Source: Bacteroidota bacterium (GTDB lineage Bacteria; Bacteroidota; Ignavibacteria; UBA10030). From it: DNA of 64,000 nucleotides. The notes beneath the pieces were generated by a model that saw nothing but the letters and a program-made list of their open reading frames with translations, ran no database searches and had not been told where the DNA came from. Location: NCBI GenBank assembly GCA_035559595.1, contig DATMBF010000005.1, positions 18,707 to 82,706 on the forward strand, read 5' to 3'. Numbering within the stretch: the stretch's first letter is position 1; every line of letters begins with the position of its first letter. This document shows positions 19,074-27,147 of the stretch, in pieces. The position numbers and the translations under genes were made by a program.

Positions 19074-20069
19074 TTAGAGAACCACCGGGTGGGTCGTCAG
19101 ACGCGGAGGAGCAACTGCTTTCTTCAACTTTGGGTAGTCGACTTTGGGTTTTGAGGTTTCGAAAGGAATCGGAAAAACACCGGTTGTCAATTCCACCGAT
19201 CCGTTGTGAAAATCGAGGGTATTGAATTTGAGGAAACGGAGGGGATCGTCACAAACGGCCCCTGCTCCATTCGCAAGCCAGATCCCATCACGTTCGTAGA
19301 TTTCATTTCGATGAATGTGGCCGTGCAGGACGTATCGCACGTTGAGAGCACGAAACAGTTTCAACACCTTTCTTCTCTTCTTCATCCGCATTGTGTTGGA
19401 TTCGATTTTTCTCCACAATGAATTCTTGATGGTCTCATCGTTCGCCAGGTTGTTGAAGTGATGGTGGATCACTATGACCGGCAGCAGTGATGTTGTAAGC
19501 GGTGAGCCGACAAGATCTTCGAGACTCCCCATCTGGTTCTCATCGAGAAGACCATTTGTTCCAAGAGGGTTGTCCCAGAGCGACCAAGGTGGGATTGAAT
19601 TGAGGCCGATCAGCAGAAACGGCCCCGCCGGCTTGATGAACGGAAATGTTCCGTGCTCACCCAGTCGATAGGCTCCCTGAAAGGCTTCGGCAAACACGTC
19701 AGTGAAAAGCTCGAGGTGCCGTCGGTAATCAACACTCCGAATATGTTGGGGAAAACTTAAGACATCGATTGCTCGGTGCGGTCCTCCGAAAATATCGTGA
19801 TTGCCCGGAACCACCGTAAGCCTGTCCCCCGAAAGCAAACCGAACTTTGACAGAATCTCTCTTGCCAGATAGTAATCGTCTTCTTCTGCTGTGCTAACGA
19901 TATCTCCGCTGATGACCATGTGGTCGAAACGTGTCTGCATCACCTGCTGCAGCAGTTTTCTGAACGATTTGATATGTTCCCGGTAGAATTGCTTGCTGAG
20001 ATGCGGGTCGGAGATATGAATAATTCTGTACCTGTTCTGGGTTATGCTCTTGATATTCAACGCGGGCAC
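19074..20069 (-). CDS. calcineurin-like metallophosphoesterase
   Basis: Motifs HISDPHL, GDIVS, GNHD, HHH and HGHIHRNE. I place the start at GTG 20069, just after the GT4 stop. The ORF track extends to 20468 but overlaps GT4 in another frame. Confidence 0.75.
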   Translation of the reverse strand: MPALNIKSITQNRYRIIHISDPHLSKQFYREHIKSFRKLLQQVMQTRFDHMVISGDIVSTAEEDDYYLAREILSKFGLLSGDRLTVVPGNHDIFGGPHRAIDVLSFPQHIRSVDYRRHLELFTDVFAEAFQGAYRLGEHGTFPFIKPAGPFLLIGLNSIPPWSLWDNPLGTNGLLDENQMGSLEDLVGSPLTTSLLPVIVIHHHFNNLANDETIKNSLWRKIESNTMRMKKRRKVLKLFRALNVRYVLHGHIHRNEIYERDGIWLANGAGAVCDDPLRFLKFNTLDFHNGSVELTTGVFPIPFETSKPKVDYPKLKKAVAPPRLTTHPVVL

Positions 20070-20097
20070 TACCGGAACAGGCCGGGAGGAGGAGAGA

Positions 20098-21240
20098 CTA
20101 GGCAGCGCTTCGTTGCCGAGATTTCCGTTGACGAATGACAAAAGAATAACTTTCGAACAGTTGATTGAGAATTCGATCCCAGCTGAACTCCGCCGCCCGG
20201 GACAGGGCTTGCCTGCGCACCTGCTCCCGTTTTGCCGGATGATCGAGCAGCCATTCGATTCTGCTTGCCATGTGTTCGGGATCGTGGGGTGCGGTGAGGA
20301 ATCCGGACTCTCCATCCCTAAGAATTCCTGTAGCACCCCCGTAGCCGGCAGCAACAGGGACAAGTCCTGATGCCATTGCTTCAAGAGTGACCAATCCAAA
20401 TGTTTCTGTTGTCGAAGGGAAGACAAAAATATCGGAAGATGCGTAGCTTTCGGCCAGCGTTTTACCAAATTGATATCCCAGGAATCTTGCGCCCGGCATC
20501 ATTGGTTCAAACTCCCTTCGAGCATAGCCATCCCCCACAATAACCATTTCGAAGTCGCTTCGACGCGATCGCAAGATTCGATACATGGCTGCCAGGTCTT
20601 TTAGGTCTTTTTCCCAAACGAGACGGCTTACAAAGAGGAGCACGGTTTTCCCCTCGGGCGTCATTCGTTCGCGCCACGCTTGCGAGCGATTGGCGGGATT
20701 GAAGAGACTGACATCGACTCCGTTCGGCAGGTACTTCAAGTTCCTTATCCCATGCTCTTCAAGTTCTTTGAGAATCGGAATTGTTGGTACCAATGTCCGG
20801 TCGACGTTATTGTAGAGATATTTTGAAAGCTTCCAAACGATTTCCTCGAATCCATAGAGCTTGTAATATCGAGGATAGGTTGGGAAGTGAGTATGGTAGG
20901 TTGCCACAACAGGGATGCCGAAATCCCGCCCGTACTTCACTGCCCCGAATCCGAGAGTGCATGGACTGTTGATGTGAAGGAGGTCAGGTTGGAATTCCTC
21001 TAACTTGCGCGCAAATCGTTGATAACCGGGCAGTGCAAGCCGATAGGCCTTTTGGAACGGCAACACAACCGAGGTCACTTTATACATCGGAATGTCAGTC
21101 TCATTGGCGTCGGGGAGAGTCGACGTGAAAACCAAGACTTCGTGGCCGCGGCTCCGGGCCGCTTCCAGCATCTTGTACATCACCCGCGTTACTCCGTCTT
21201 GACCCACCCGCATGTTTGCATTGAAGTATGCAATCTTCAT
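20098..21240 (-). CDS. GT4-family (GT-B) glycosyltransferase
   Basis: MKIAYFNANMRVGQDGV N-terminus and the EX7E region ETFGLVTLEAMASGLVPVAA. Met 21240 is preceded by AGGAGG. Confidence 0.85.
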   Translation of the reverse strand: MKIAYFNANMRVGQDGVTRVMYKMLEAARSRGHEVLVFTSTLPDANETDIPMYKVTSVVLPFQKAYRLALPGYQRFARKLEEFQPDLLHINSPCTLGFGAVKYGRDFGIPVVATYHTHFPTYPRYYKLYGFEEIVWKLSKYLYNNVDRTLVPTIPILKELEEHGIRNLKYLPNGVDVSLFNPANRSQAWRERMTPEGKTVLLFVSRLVWEKDLKDLAAMYRILRSRRSDFEMVIVGDGYARREFEPMMPGARFLGYQFGKTLAESYASSDIFVFPSTTETFGLVTLEAMASGLVPVAAGYGGATGILRDGESGFLTAPHDPEHMASRIEWLLDHPAKREQVRRQALSRAAEFSWDRILNQLFESYSFVIRQRKSRQRSAA

Positions 21241-21250
21241 TGTACCTCCT

Positions 21251-21979
21251 TCAAGGTTTCGATAACATTTTTTCCATCTCTTTTCCTTGAACTGCAGCAT
21301 TCGCAAGAGAATGGAGCAAGGCATCAAAGTTGGTAAGGTCAGGAAGAAGATGAAGGGCTCCCTGTTGCTTGAGGAGAGCAGCCTTCATGCCAGATGCGAT
21401 TCCAACGAATCCGAGATTTAACGTTTGTGCACATTTCAGATCCCACAGTCCATCCCCCACAAGCACGATTCCAGAAAACTCGTTGATCCCATATGCTGTC
21501 TGTGCTCGATCGATCGCTGTTTCCACGATCGTTTCCCTTGTGAAGCCGTCATTCGCTGTCGCCAGGGGAAGATGCCGGTATTCTATTCCCGCTGTTTTGA
21601 GCTTGGTGTGTGCCGCTTCCTCCCAGCTTCCTGTTGCAATGGCAATTCTCCAGTCGCTATGCTGCTGGAGATGAGCGAGGCTTGTGGAGGCACCGGGGAT
21701 TTGTCTGAACAATTGAGGCCATATTTTTGCCATAGCTCGGAGGATGGCAAGATAGTGGTTCTGCAGTCGTTGGAGTTCGGAGACTGCAAGTGGCGAATTA
21801 AAGCGTTCTTCGTAGATTTGTGAGAAGATTGCGGGATCCGTGTAATGGGAGAAGTGACGGCCATCGTTGGGAAAATCCCTGACCGAGTACCGGTCAAAGA
21901 AGGTCTGAGCAAAACATTCGCGATCAACGAACGCGGTGTCCGTGAGGGTGTCGTCGATATCGAAGATCGCCAGTCTCAT
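21251..21979 (-). CDS. HAD-superfamily hydrolase/phosphatase
   Basis: Motif I is LAIFDIDDTLTD (DxDxT) and motif IV is VLVGDGLWD. Start at Met 21979; the ORF track extension to 22279 has no family support. Confidence 0.75.
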   Translation of the reverse strand: MRLAIFDIDDTLTDTAFVDRECFAQTFFDRYSVRDFPNDGRHFSHYTDPAIFSQIYEERFNSPLAVSELQRLQNHYLAILRAMAKIWPQLFRQIPGASTSLAHLQQHSDWRIAIATGSWEEAAHTKLKTAGIEYRHLPLATANDGFTRETIVETAIDRAQTAYGINEFSGIVLVGDGLWDLKCAQTLNLGFVGIASGMKAALLKQQGALHLLPDLTNFDALLHSLANAAVQGKEMEKMLSKP

Positions 21980-22003
21980 GCTCCGCAAAGATAGAAAACA
22001 GGT

Positions 22004-22041
22004 ACTACCCAGATATGACCGTGGAGTTAAGAAATTCTTAC
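22004..22041 (-). promoter_or_regulatory. phased TAAG/TAAC/TCAT/TAGT repeats (11-bp period) upstream of the HAD-GT4-phosphoesterase operon; candidate Pho box
   Basis: Minus-strand CGTAAGAATTTCTTAAC is 15/17 identical to CGTAACAATTCCTTAAC at 27067-27083. The repeat T positions are 22040, 22029, 22018 and 22007. Confidence 0.4.
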
Positions 22042-22055
22042 GGCAGCAGCGATTG

Positions 22056-22102
22056 AAAAATAACAAAGGGCACAAGTTGATCATGACGATGAACCTGTGC
22101 CC
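22056..22102 (-). terminator. rho-independent terminator ending the TonB-receptor/T9SS-protein transcript
   Basis: On the minus strand, GGGCACAGG-loop-CTTGTGCCC is followed by TTTGTTATTTTT. Confidence 0.5.
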
Positions 22103-22169
22103 CGCTGGCTCCATCAGGGAGGGATGCGAGCCGCAGCTTTTTTTTGAATCTGTGGCAGGCAGACTTGAC

Positions 22170-22298
22170 TTATTGAGGGAGAGACAGCAGAGTTCCGGTT
22201 CCCTCGTCGTCAAACACCTGCTGTGTACGCGCATTGTAATAGACAGAAGCGCTACCGAGAAGAAGCGACGAGACCACAAGTGCCGCTATGAAGAACAT
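22170..22298 (-). CDS. possible 42-aa single-TM small protein
   Basis: MFFIAALVVSSLLLGSASVYY... lies between the T9SS-protein stop and the terminator. There is no homology support. Confidence 0.2.
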   Translation of the reverse strand: MFFIAALVVSSLLLGSASVYYNARTQQVFDDEGTGTLLSLPQ

Positions 22299-22392
22299 CC
22301 GTGCCCGCCGCGAAACACTGATCCCGCAAAAACCTGTATCCCGGGTTTCCACAGGGAAAAAGATTCGTTCAGTGTGGCTGCACGGTTCATTG

Positions 22393-24033
22393 TTATTTCG
22401 CCAGGATCATCTTGCGCACTTCAGAAAACGTCCCTGCCTGGAGACGGTAGATGTACATCCCGGTTGGTAGATCTGTTGCGTCAAATTGAGCTTTGTATTC
22501 TCCAGCAACAACGTAGGCATCAACGAGCGTTTGAATCTCACGACCAAGCATGTCAAACACCCTCAGCGTCACATGGGCACCCACCGGAATGGCAAAGCGA
22601 ATCGTTGTCCCGGGATTGAAAGGGTTTGGATAGTTCTGGAGCAACTTGTAGTCCTCGGGAATCTTGCTTTCGATTCGCTCAACAGATACAAGTGTGCCAT
22701 AAGAGGTGTTCTGTGGATCGTAATTCGTCCATAAGCTGTCCCATCGCGCGCCGGATCCAAATGCGCCGACGTAGGATGTAACCGTGAAGAAGGGGTCTTG
22801 CAGACGTGAGTTGGAGAAACTCGCACCACTCAACGCGGGTGATCCCGCCTGTGGGATGGGGTCGGGAGTCGTGAGATTGAATGGAGCCCTCAACATCACT
22901 TCTGACGGCTGAACGTAGCGTCGATTTCCGTAAGCAGTTGTCGCATACCATGCTTCGGCGTCAAAAGAGCCCACAGTGGTGGTGAATCCGTTGGCCGCAC
23001 GCATCCCCGCCCAGATGGAATTCCGGATCTGCAGCGTGTCTCCTGTGGCGGCATTGACGACATTCGACCCGTCAAGGAGAGCTCCGGTTCTGTATCCCAT
23101 AAAAATGCTGTTGTAAATCGAGGTCAGGGTGGAACGACGGAGGTGGATTCCACGTCTGTGGTTGGAGTTTACCGACGCACTCGTGTCGGGCATCGGTCCG
23201 ATCATGGTATAATTGGAAAAGATTGGTTGCGTGCGTGGAGCATTGAATGTCCCTGTTCCATCATTATCCGACTCAAATCCGTTGCTGCCGCTGATGTCGG
23301 CAATGTTCGGATCGCGAAGGCTTAAGCCGAACTGCAGCTTTCCACGAAATCCGAAATCTGTGTCGAAGTCATCATCTACTGGCTTGAATGAGATAAGATA
23401 CTTTCCGTTTACCGTCCCTCCGAACCATTCAAACGCATCGTCTCCGCTGTAACTGACCTGTATGTATTCCAGAACGGTCTTTCTCCCTACACCCCCGAGC
23501 GTCAGTCCATTAATCTCGTTGTCGGGTAGAAAGGCTATGCCGGGGAATTCAATCCGCACGTACCGCATAACGCCGCTGCTATCGTCATCATTGGGAGAAG
23601 AGCCGCCCCCGTAGGTGGTACCAGTTCCACCTTCGATGGTTGCTGTTCCGCCCGGGACATTGATTGATGCATAACCGGCGATAAGAATTCCACCCCAGTC
23701 TCCGGGGCCGCGCTGACCGGGAGGCAATTGACTGGTGAAGACGATCGGGTTGGTTGAAGTTCCTTGGGCGTTGATTTTTGCGCCCCGATTGATGATCAGA
23801 GTGCCTTTTGTCGATTTCTCGCCGAAAATGATCGTTCCGGCCGGGATCGTTATTGTGGCCGGTGGGTTGACGTTTACGAATCCACGGAGGAGATATTTTT
23901 TTGTTGCGGTGAGCGTGATGCTGGAGTTAATGTTTCCCTCCAGGACACTGTCTATCTGTGCCAGTATCTGAGAGGCTCCATGTGCGGCAAGAGTGCAAAG
24001 AAGAGTAGCTGTTAACAAGAGTTTTCGTGGCAT
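22393..24033 (-). CDS. secreted beta-helix-like protein with T9SS C-terminal sorting domain
   Basis: Signal peptide MPRKLLLTATLLCTLAAHGASQ. Repetitive G/T/N-rich beta-helix-like body (DWGGILIAG, GDDAFEWFGGTV). C-terminal Por_Secre_tail (LLQNYPNPFNPGTTIRFAIP...MYIYRLQAG). Confidence 0.75.
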   Translation of the reverse strand: MPRKLLLTATLLCTLAAHGASQILAQIDSVLEGNINSSITLTATKKYLLRGFVNVNPPATITIPAGTIIFGEKSTKGTLIINRGAKINAQGTSTNPIVFTSQLPPGQRGPGDWGGILIAGYASINVPGGTATIEGGTGTTYGGGSSPNDDDSSGVMRYVRIEFPGIAFLPDNEINGLTLGGVGRKTVLEYIQVSYSGDDAFEWFGGTVNGKYLISFKPVDDDFDTDFGFRGKLQFGLSLRDPNIADISGSNGFESDNDGTGTFNAPRTQPIFSNYTMIGPMPDTSASVNSNHRRGIHLRRSTLTSIYNSIFMGYRTGALLDGSNVVNAATGDTLQIRNSIWAGMRAANGFTTTVGSFDAEAWYATTAYGNRRYVQPSEVMLRAPFNLTTPDPIPQAGSPALSGASFSNSRLQDPFFTVTSYVGAFGSGARWDSLWTNYDPQNTSYGTLVSVERIESKIPEDYKLLQNYPNPFNPGTTIRFAIPVGAHVTLRVFDMLGREIQTLVDAYVVAGEYKAQFDATDLPTGMYIYRLQAGTFSEVRKMILAK

Positions 24034-24103
24034 AGGTGATTCCTTTCTGACGTGAAGTGAATGGGAAAATGGATTACTGTTGTCTCCAGCGACATGGTGA
24101 GGA

Positions 24104-26902
24104 TTAGTTGATCTTGAAGGCAATTCCCAATGAGTACAACGTACCTTTTTCGTTTGCACGAGCTCGTTTGTTCCCCTGGAGGAAGACCTGCTCTTCAGCG
24201 AGAATATCCTTTGCCGTCAACTTCACTTCATATCGTTCGGCGATCGATTGTGTAATTACCAGGTCAACGAGCTGCCGCGGTTGCTCGATAACATCTTCTT
24301 CATAGGCCGTCGCCACCTCGACAATCCGCGGACCAAATCTGTAGTAGAAAAGACTTATCGATGTGCCAAGGTCTGGATTGCTGTATTGCAGTCCCAGGTT
24401 CAGCATCGATGGTGATTGACCTTGCAGAGGCCGGTTGCGTTTCTGAAGAGTTGTTTCCGTTCCTGCGACATTGACGGAAGACTTGATTCTCGCGTAGTTC
24501 CCGCGAAGGGAAAACGGCTCCAAAACCCTCGCGAGAAGACTTAGGCCGAGACGTGCTTCGAGCTCGATGCCGTAATTCCGGGCTGATTCGGCATTCAGAA
24601 ATGTTCTCTCTGAACCCAAAGCACTCCCGGAGACAACAACCTGCTCGATGGCATCGGAGAAGCTCTTATAGAAAACACTGGCCGAGAGCAGTTCGCCCGC
24701 TCTGGGGAAGAGTTCATAACGAAGGTCGTAGTTCCGTATAAGCGATTGGCGGAGGTGGTCATTGCCGCGCAATGAGGTTTGCGTGTTAAAATCGAAGTAG
24801 GCAAAAGGAGCAAGCTCACGAAGTTCGGGTCGATTCACGGTCTGACTATACGCAAGCCGGAGGTTTGCATTCTCATCCATGACATAAATAAGATTGACCG
24901 AGGGCATCACATCCACGTTGGCTAACTCAATCCTGATCTCTTTGAGTGCTGAGACATCCTTTGAAACCACTCTCTGGACTGATCGCTCCATTCGGGCGCC
25001 GGCGATGAGGCGAAATTCGCGTTCCAGCAGATTCAGAGGCATATCAAGCATCGCATACCAGGCGGTGATCGTTTGTTCTGCAGTATAATTGTTCGTACCG
25101 TTCTGGTATTCGTCGAGGGAAAAACCGTTTCGCCGAAAGTTCTCAGGAGCGAAGATTCGGTCGATGGGGAGTGTGTAGAGCTCGGCATCAGTAAACCCGT
25201 TCCCCCTTCCGTTCACCACGATGCCGATGAGCCGCGACCCAAAATCACGGACCTTCCGATCAACAAATGTTCCGAACTTTAGCTTTGCCGTTGAAATCGG
25301 AGTACTGAAGTCGACCGCAACTCCACGGGATCGGTCCGAGAGAGTGGAGTAATAGCGCCCACCGTTCTTCAGATTTGCCTGGAATCCAAGGGAGGCCGTG
25401 AAGGGATCATTCGACCCCGCTTCACGGAAGTAGACGATGCGACGATAGTCGGGTTCTTGCCGGTCCGATTCAGAGTAGGACGCTTTCCATTCCATCTGTG
25501 TACTGTTCAGAAAGGGGAAAAAGTGCTCCCCAGTCACCTGTCCGGAATACACCGCACGGGAAACATAGCGAAGAGCAACGTGCTTCTGTTCGGCGCCGAT
25601 GTCGGTGTACTGGATTCCGAAGAATTGTGTTGCCTCATCGTCTGCATCGCGCGTGTATGTGTTGCGGAGGCTCACTCGGTGAACATTCGATGGCCTGTAA
25701 CTGAAATTGCCGATGGCTCCCCAAGAGACAGAATGGACGGATTGCTGGCCGGTGTATTGGAACCGTGGTTCGCCACTTGCTTCGTATTCATTCCGTTCGA
25801 TCGACGAATTCTCAAACGAACTACGATAAGTCAGAGCTGTTACAAAGCCGAAGTTGTTTCCCAGGAAAGTGATACCATCACCAAGCGAAAGCAAGAAGCC
25901 GCCATTCAAGGGAGCATGGGTTTGACGTGGTGCCCAGTTGTTTTTGAGTGAGCGCGCATAGCGCAAGATGTCTGGCGGCGTGTGAGACGGGTCGCCAAGA
26001 TTCTTTGGGAAGCCCGCCGGGAGTGATCTCGTCCCGTCGTCAATGCCGAGATAATCGTTCTTTCCTCCAGGTGATGTTGTAAAAGGCCGAAGGGAAGTCC
26101 GCCCGTGGAACGCGGCGAATGTATTTGCCTGGAAGGTGAGTGCCGAGGGAAAATCGATCGTGCTCAGTTTGGCAACACCTCCGGCAAAATCGCCTGGAAG
26201 ATCGGGCGTAAAGGATTTTGTGATGACGCCGCTTTCGATCAGGTTCGATGGGAGGATGTCGAAGGAGAATGCTCGTTTGTCGGGTTCCGTGGAAGCTACA
26301 GGGGAACCATTGAGCATCGTATTGCTGTAGCGTTCAGGTGTTCCCCGGACGAAGAGGAATTTATTGTCGACTATGGATATACCCGTTACTCTTCTGAGGG
26401 CATCCGCTGAACTGGCGTCGGGTGAGCGTTTAATCTGCTCGGCACTGATGCCGTCCCCAATGGAGGTCGCCTTACGCTGCTGTGTGAGGAGGGCACCCTC
26501 ATACGAAAGCACGGACTTTGCTTCTACGACCACCTCACCCAAGGTGATCGTCTCAGGTTTCATGACCACATTGAGGCGGACAGTTTCACCCCCTCGGATC
26601 ACGACATTCTCAATCCGTTGTTTGGCGTAAGACAACACCGTCACAAGTACAGTGTAAGTCCCGGGCTCAACACCGTCAATAATGAACTCCCCCTTGAGGT
26701 CTGAAGCTGCTCCTTTTGTTGTTCGCTCGAGGATGACATTGGCGCCGATAAGAGGCTCAGTGGTCTCCGAATCAATGACAGACCCGATGATTCTTCCATG
26801 CGGCTGTGACTGCGCCGTTGCAGTCAGGAACGAGCCCGCCACGTGTAGGAGCACGAGTGCTCTTGCGACTCGAGCTGCAAATCTTTCCAAACGTCGGTCC
26901 AT
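24104..26902 (-). CDS. TonB-dependent receptor with N-terminal carboxypeptidase-regulatory-like domain
   Basis: Signal peptide, then GRIIGSVIDSETTEPLIGANV (CarbopepD_reg), then a plug (LLTQQRKATSIGDGISAEQI, VTGISIV) and a long beta-barrel. Start at Met 26902. Confidence 0.85.
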   Translation of the reverse strand: MDRRLERFAARVARALVLLHVAGSFLTATAQSQPHGRIIGSVIDSETTEPLIGANVILERTTKGAASDLKGEFIIDGVEPGTYTVLVTVLSYAKQRIENVVIRGGETVRLNVVMKPETITLGEVVVEAKSVLSYEGALLTQQRKATSIGDGISAEQIKRSPDASSADALRRVTGISIVDNKFLFVRGTPERYSNTMLNGSPVASTEPDKRAFSFDILPSNLIESGVITKSFTPDLPGDFAGGVAKLSTIDFPSALTFQANTFAAFHGRTSLRPFTTSPGGKNDYLGIDDGTRSLPAGFPKNLGDPSHTPPDILRYARSLKNNWAPRQTHAPLNGGFLLSLGDGITFLGNNFGFVTALTYRSSFENSSIERNEYEASGEPRFQYTGQQSVHSVSWGAIGNFSYRPSNVHRVSLRNTYTRDADDEATQFFGIQYTDIGAEQKHVALRYVSRAVYSGQVTGEHFFPFLNSTQMEWKASYSESDRQEPDYRRIVYFREAGSNDPFTASLGFQANLKNGGRYYSTLSDRSRGVAVDFSTPISTAKLKFGTFVDRKVRDFGSRLIGIVVNGRGNGFTDAELYTLPIDRIFAPENFRRNGFSLDEYQNGTNNYTAEQTITAWYAMLDMPLNLLEREFRLIAGARMERSVQRVVSKDVSALKEIRIELANVDVMPSVNLIYVMDENANLRLAYSQTVNRPELRELAPFAYFDFNTQTSLRGNDHLRQSLIRNYDLRYELFPRAGELLSASVFYKSFSDAIEQVVVSGSALGSERTFLNAESARNYGIELEARLGLSLLARVLEPFSLRGNYARIKSSVNVAGTETTLQKRNRPLQGQSPSMLNLGLQYSNPDLGTSISLFYYRFGPRIVEVATAYEEDVIEQPRQLVDLVITQSIAERYEVKLTAKDILAEEQVFLQGNKRARANEKGTLYSLGIAFKIN

Positions 26903-26970
26903 TAAGTTTCTCCCTGATGTTGTGCGACAAGTATTCCTTGAACAAGTCAGCACCAAATCTATCACAGAGT

Positions 26971-27007
26971 GTTACTCCTGTATTATGCTGTGGTTATTTT
27001 CATTTAA
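26971..27007 (-). promoter_or_regulatory. four phased TAA(A/C/T) repeats upstream of the TonB receptor; candidate Pho box array
   Basis: The minus strand reads tTAAAtgaaaaTAACcacagcaTAATacaggaGTAAC with spacing 10/11/11 bp. A TAGATT -10-like hexamer follows (26956-26961). Confidence 0.35.
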
Positions 27008-27067
27008 CCAATGAGATAAGCCCTTTATGCATGTGAATTCGGCCAGATCGCTAATCGAGAAACGGCC

Positions 27068-27108
27068 GTAACAATTCCTTAACGTTAAGCTAATCTTGGA
27101 GTAATGAG
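27068..27108 (+). promoter_or_regulatory. four TAAY direct repeats at exact 11-bp spacing upstream of porin-pstSCAB-phoU; candidate Pho box array
   Basis: The sequence reads gTAACaattcc tTAACgttaag cTAATcttgga gTAATga. The T of each TAAY is at 27069, 27080, 27091 and 27102. Confidence 0.45.
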
Positions 27109-27147
27109 TTTTCTTTTCTTTTCACCTAAATCCATCAGGGAGGATTC

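Noticed and set aside
19074-20468. Long N-terminal extension of the metallophosphoesterase ORF, as a possible fusion, frameshift or programmed overlap with GT4
   Set aside because: The first ~130 codons overlap the GT4 3' end in another frame and look non-protein-like. A GTG at 20069 (or TTG at 20060), just after the GT4 stop, gives a normal-length phosphoesterase starting shortly before the HISDPHL motif.
21980-22279. 100-codon upstream extension of the HAD hydrolase ORF
   Set aside because: HAD motif I (FDIDDTLTD) follows directly after Met 21979. The extension crosses two terminator hairpins and the candidate promoter repeats.
26903-27147. Cobalamin riboswitch upstream of the TonB-dependent receptor, considered because a B12-dependent mutase is nearby
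   Set aside because: There is no B12-box (GCCACTG-like) or extended conserved stems in the 245-bp leader region. The region is instead occupied by phased TAAY repeats.
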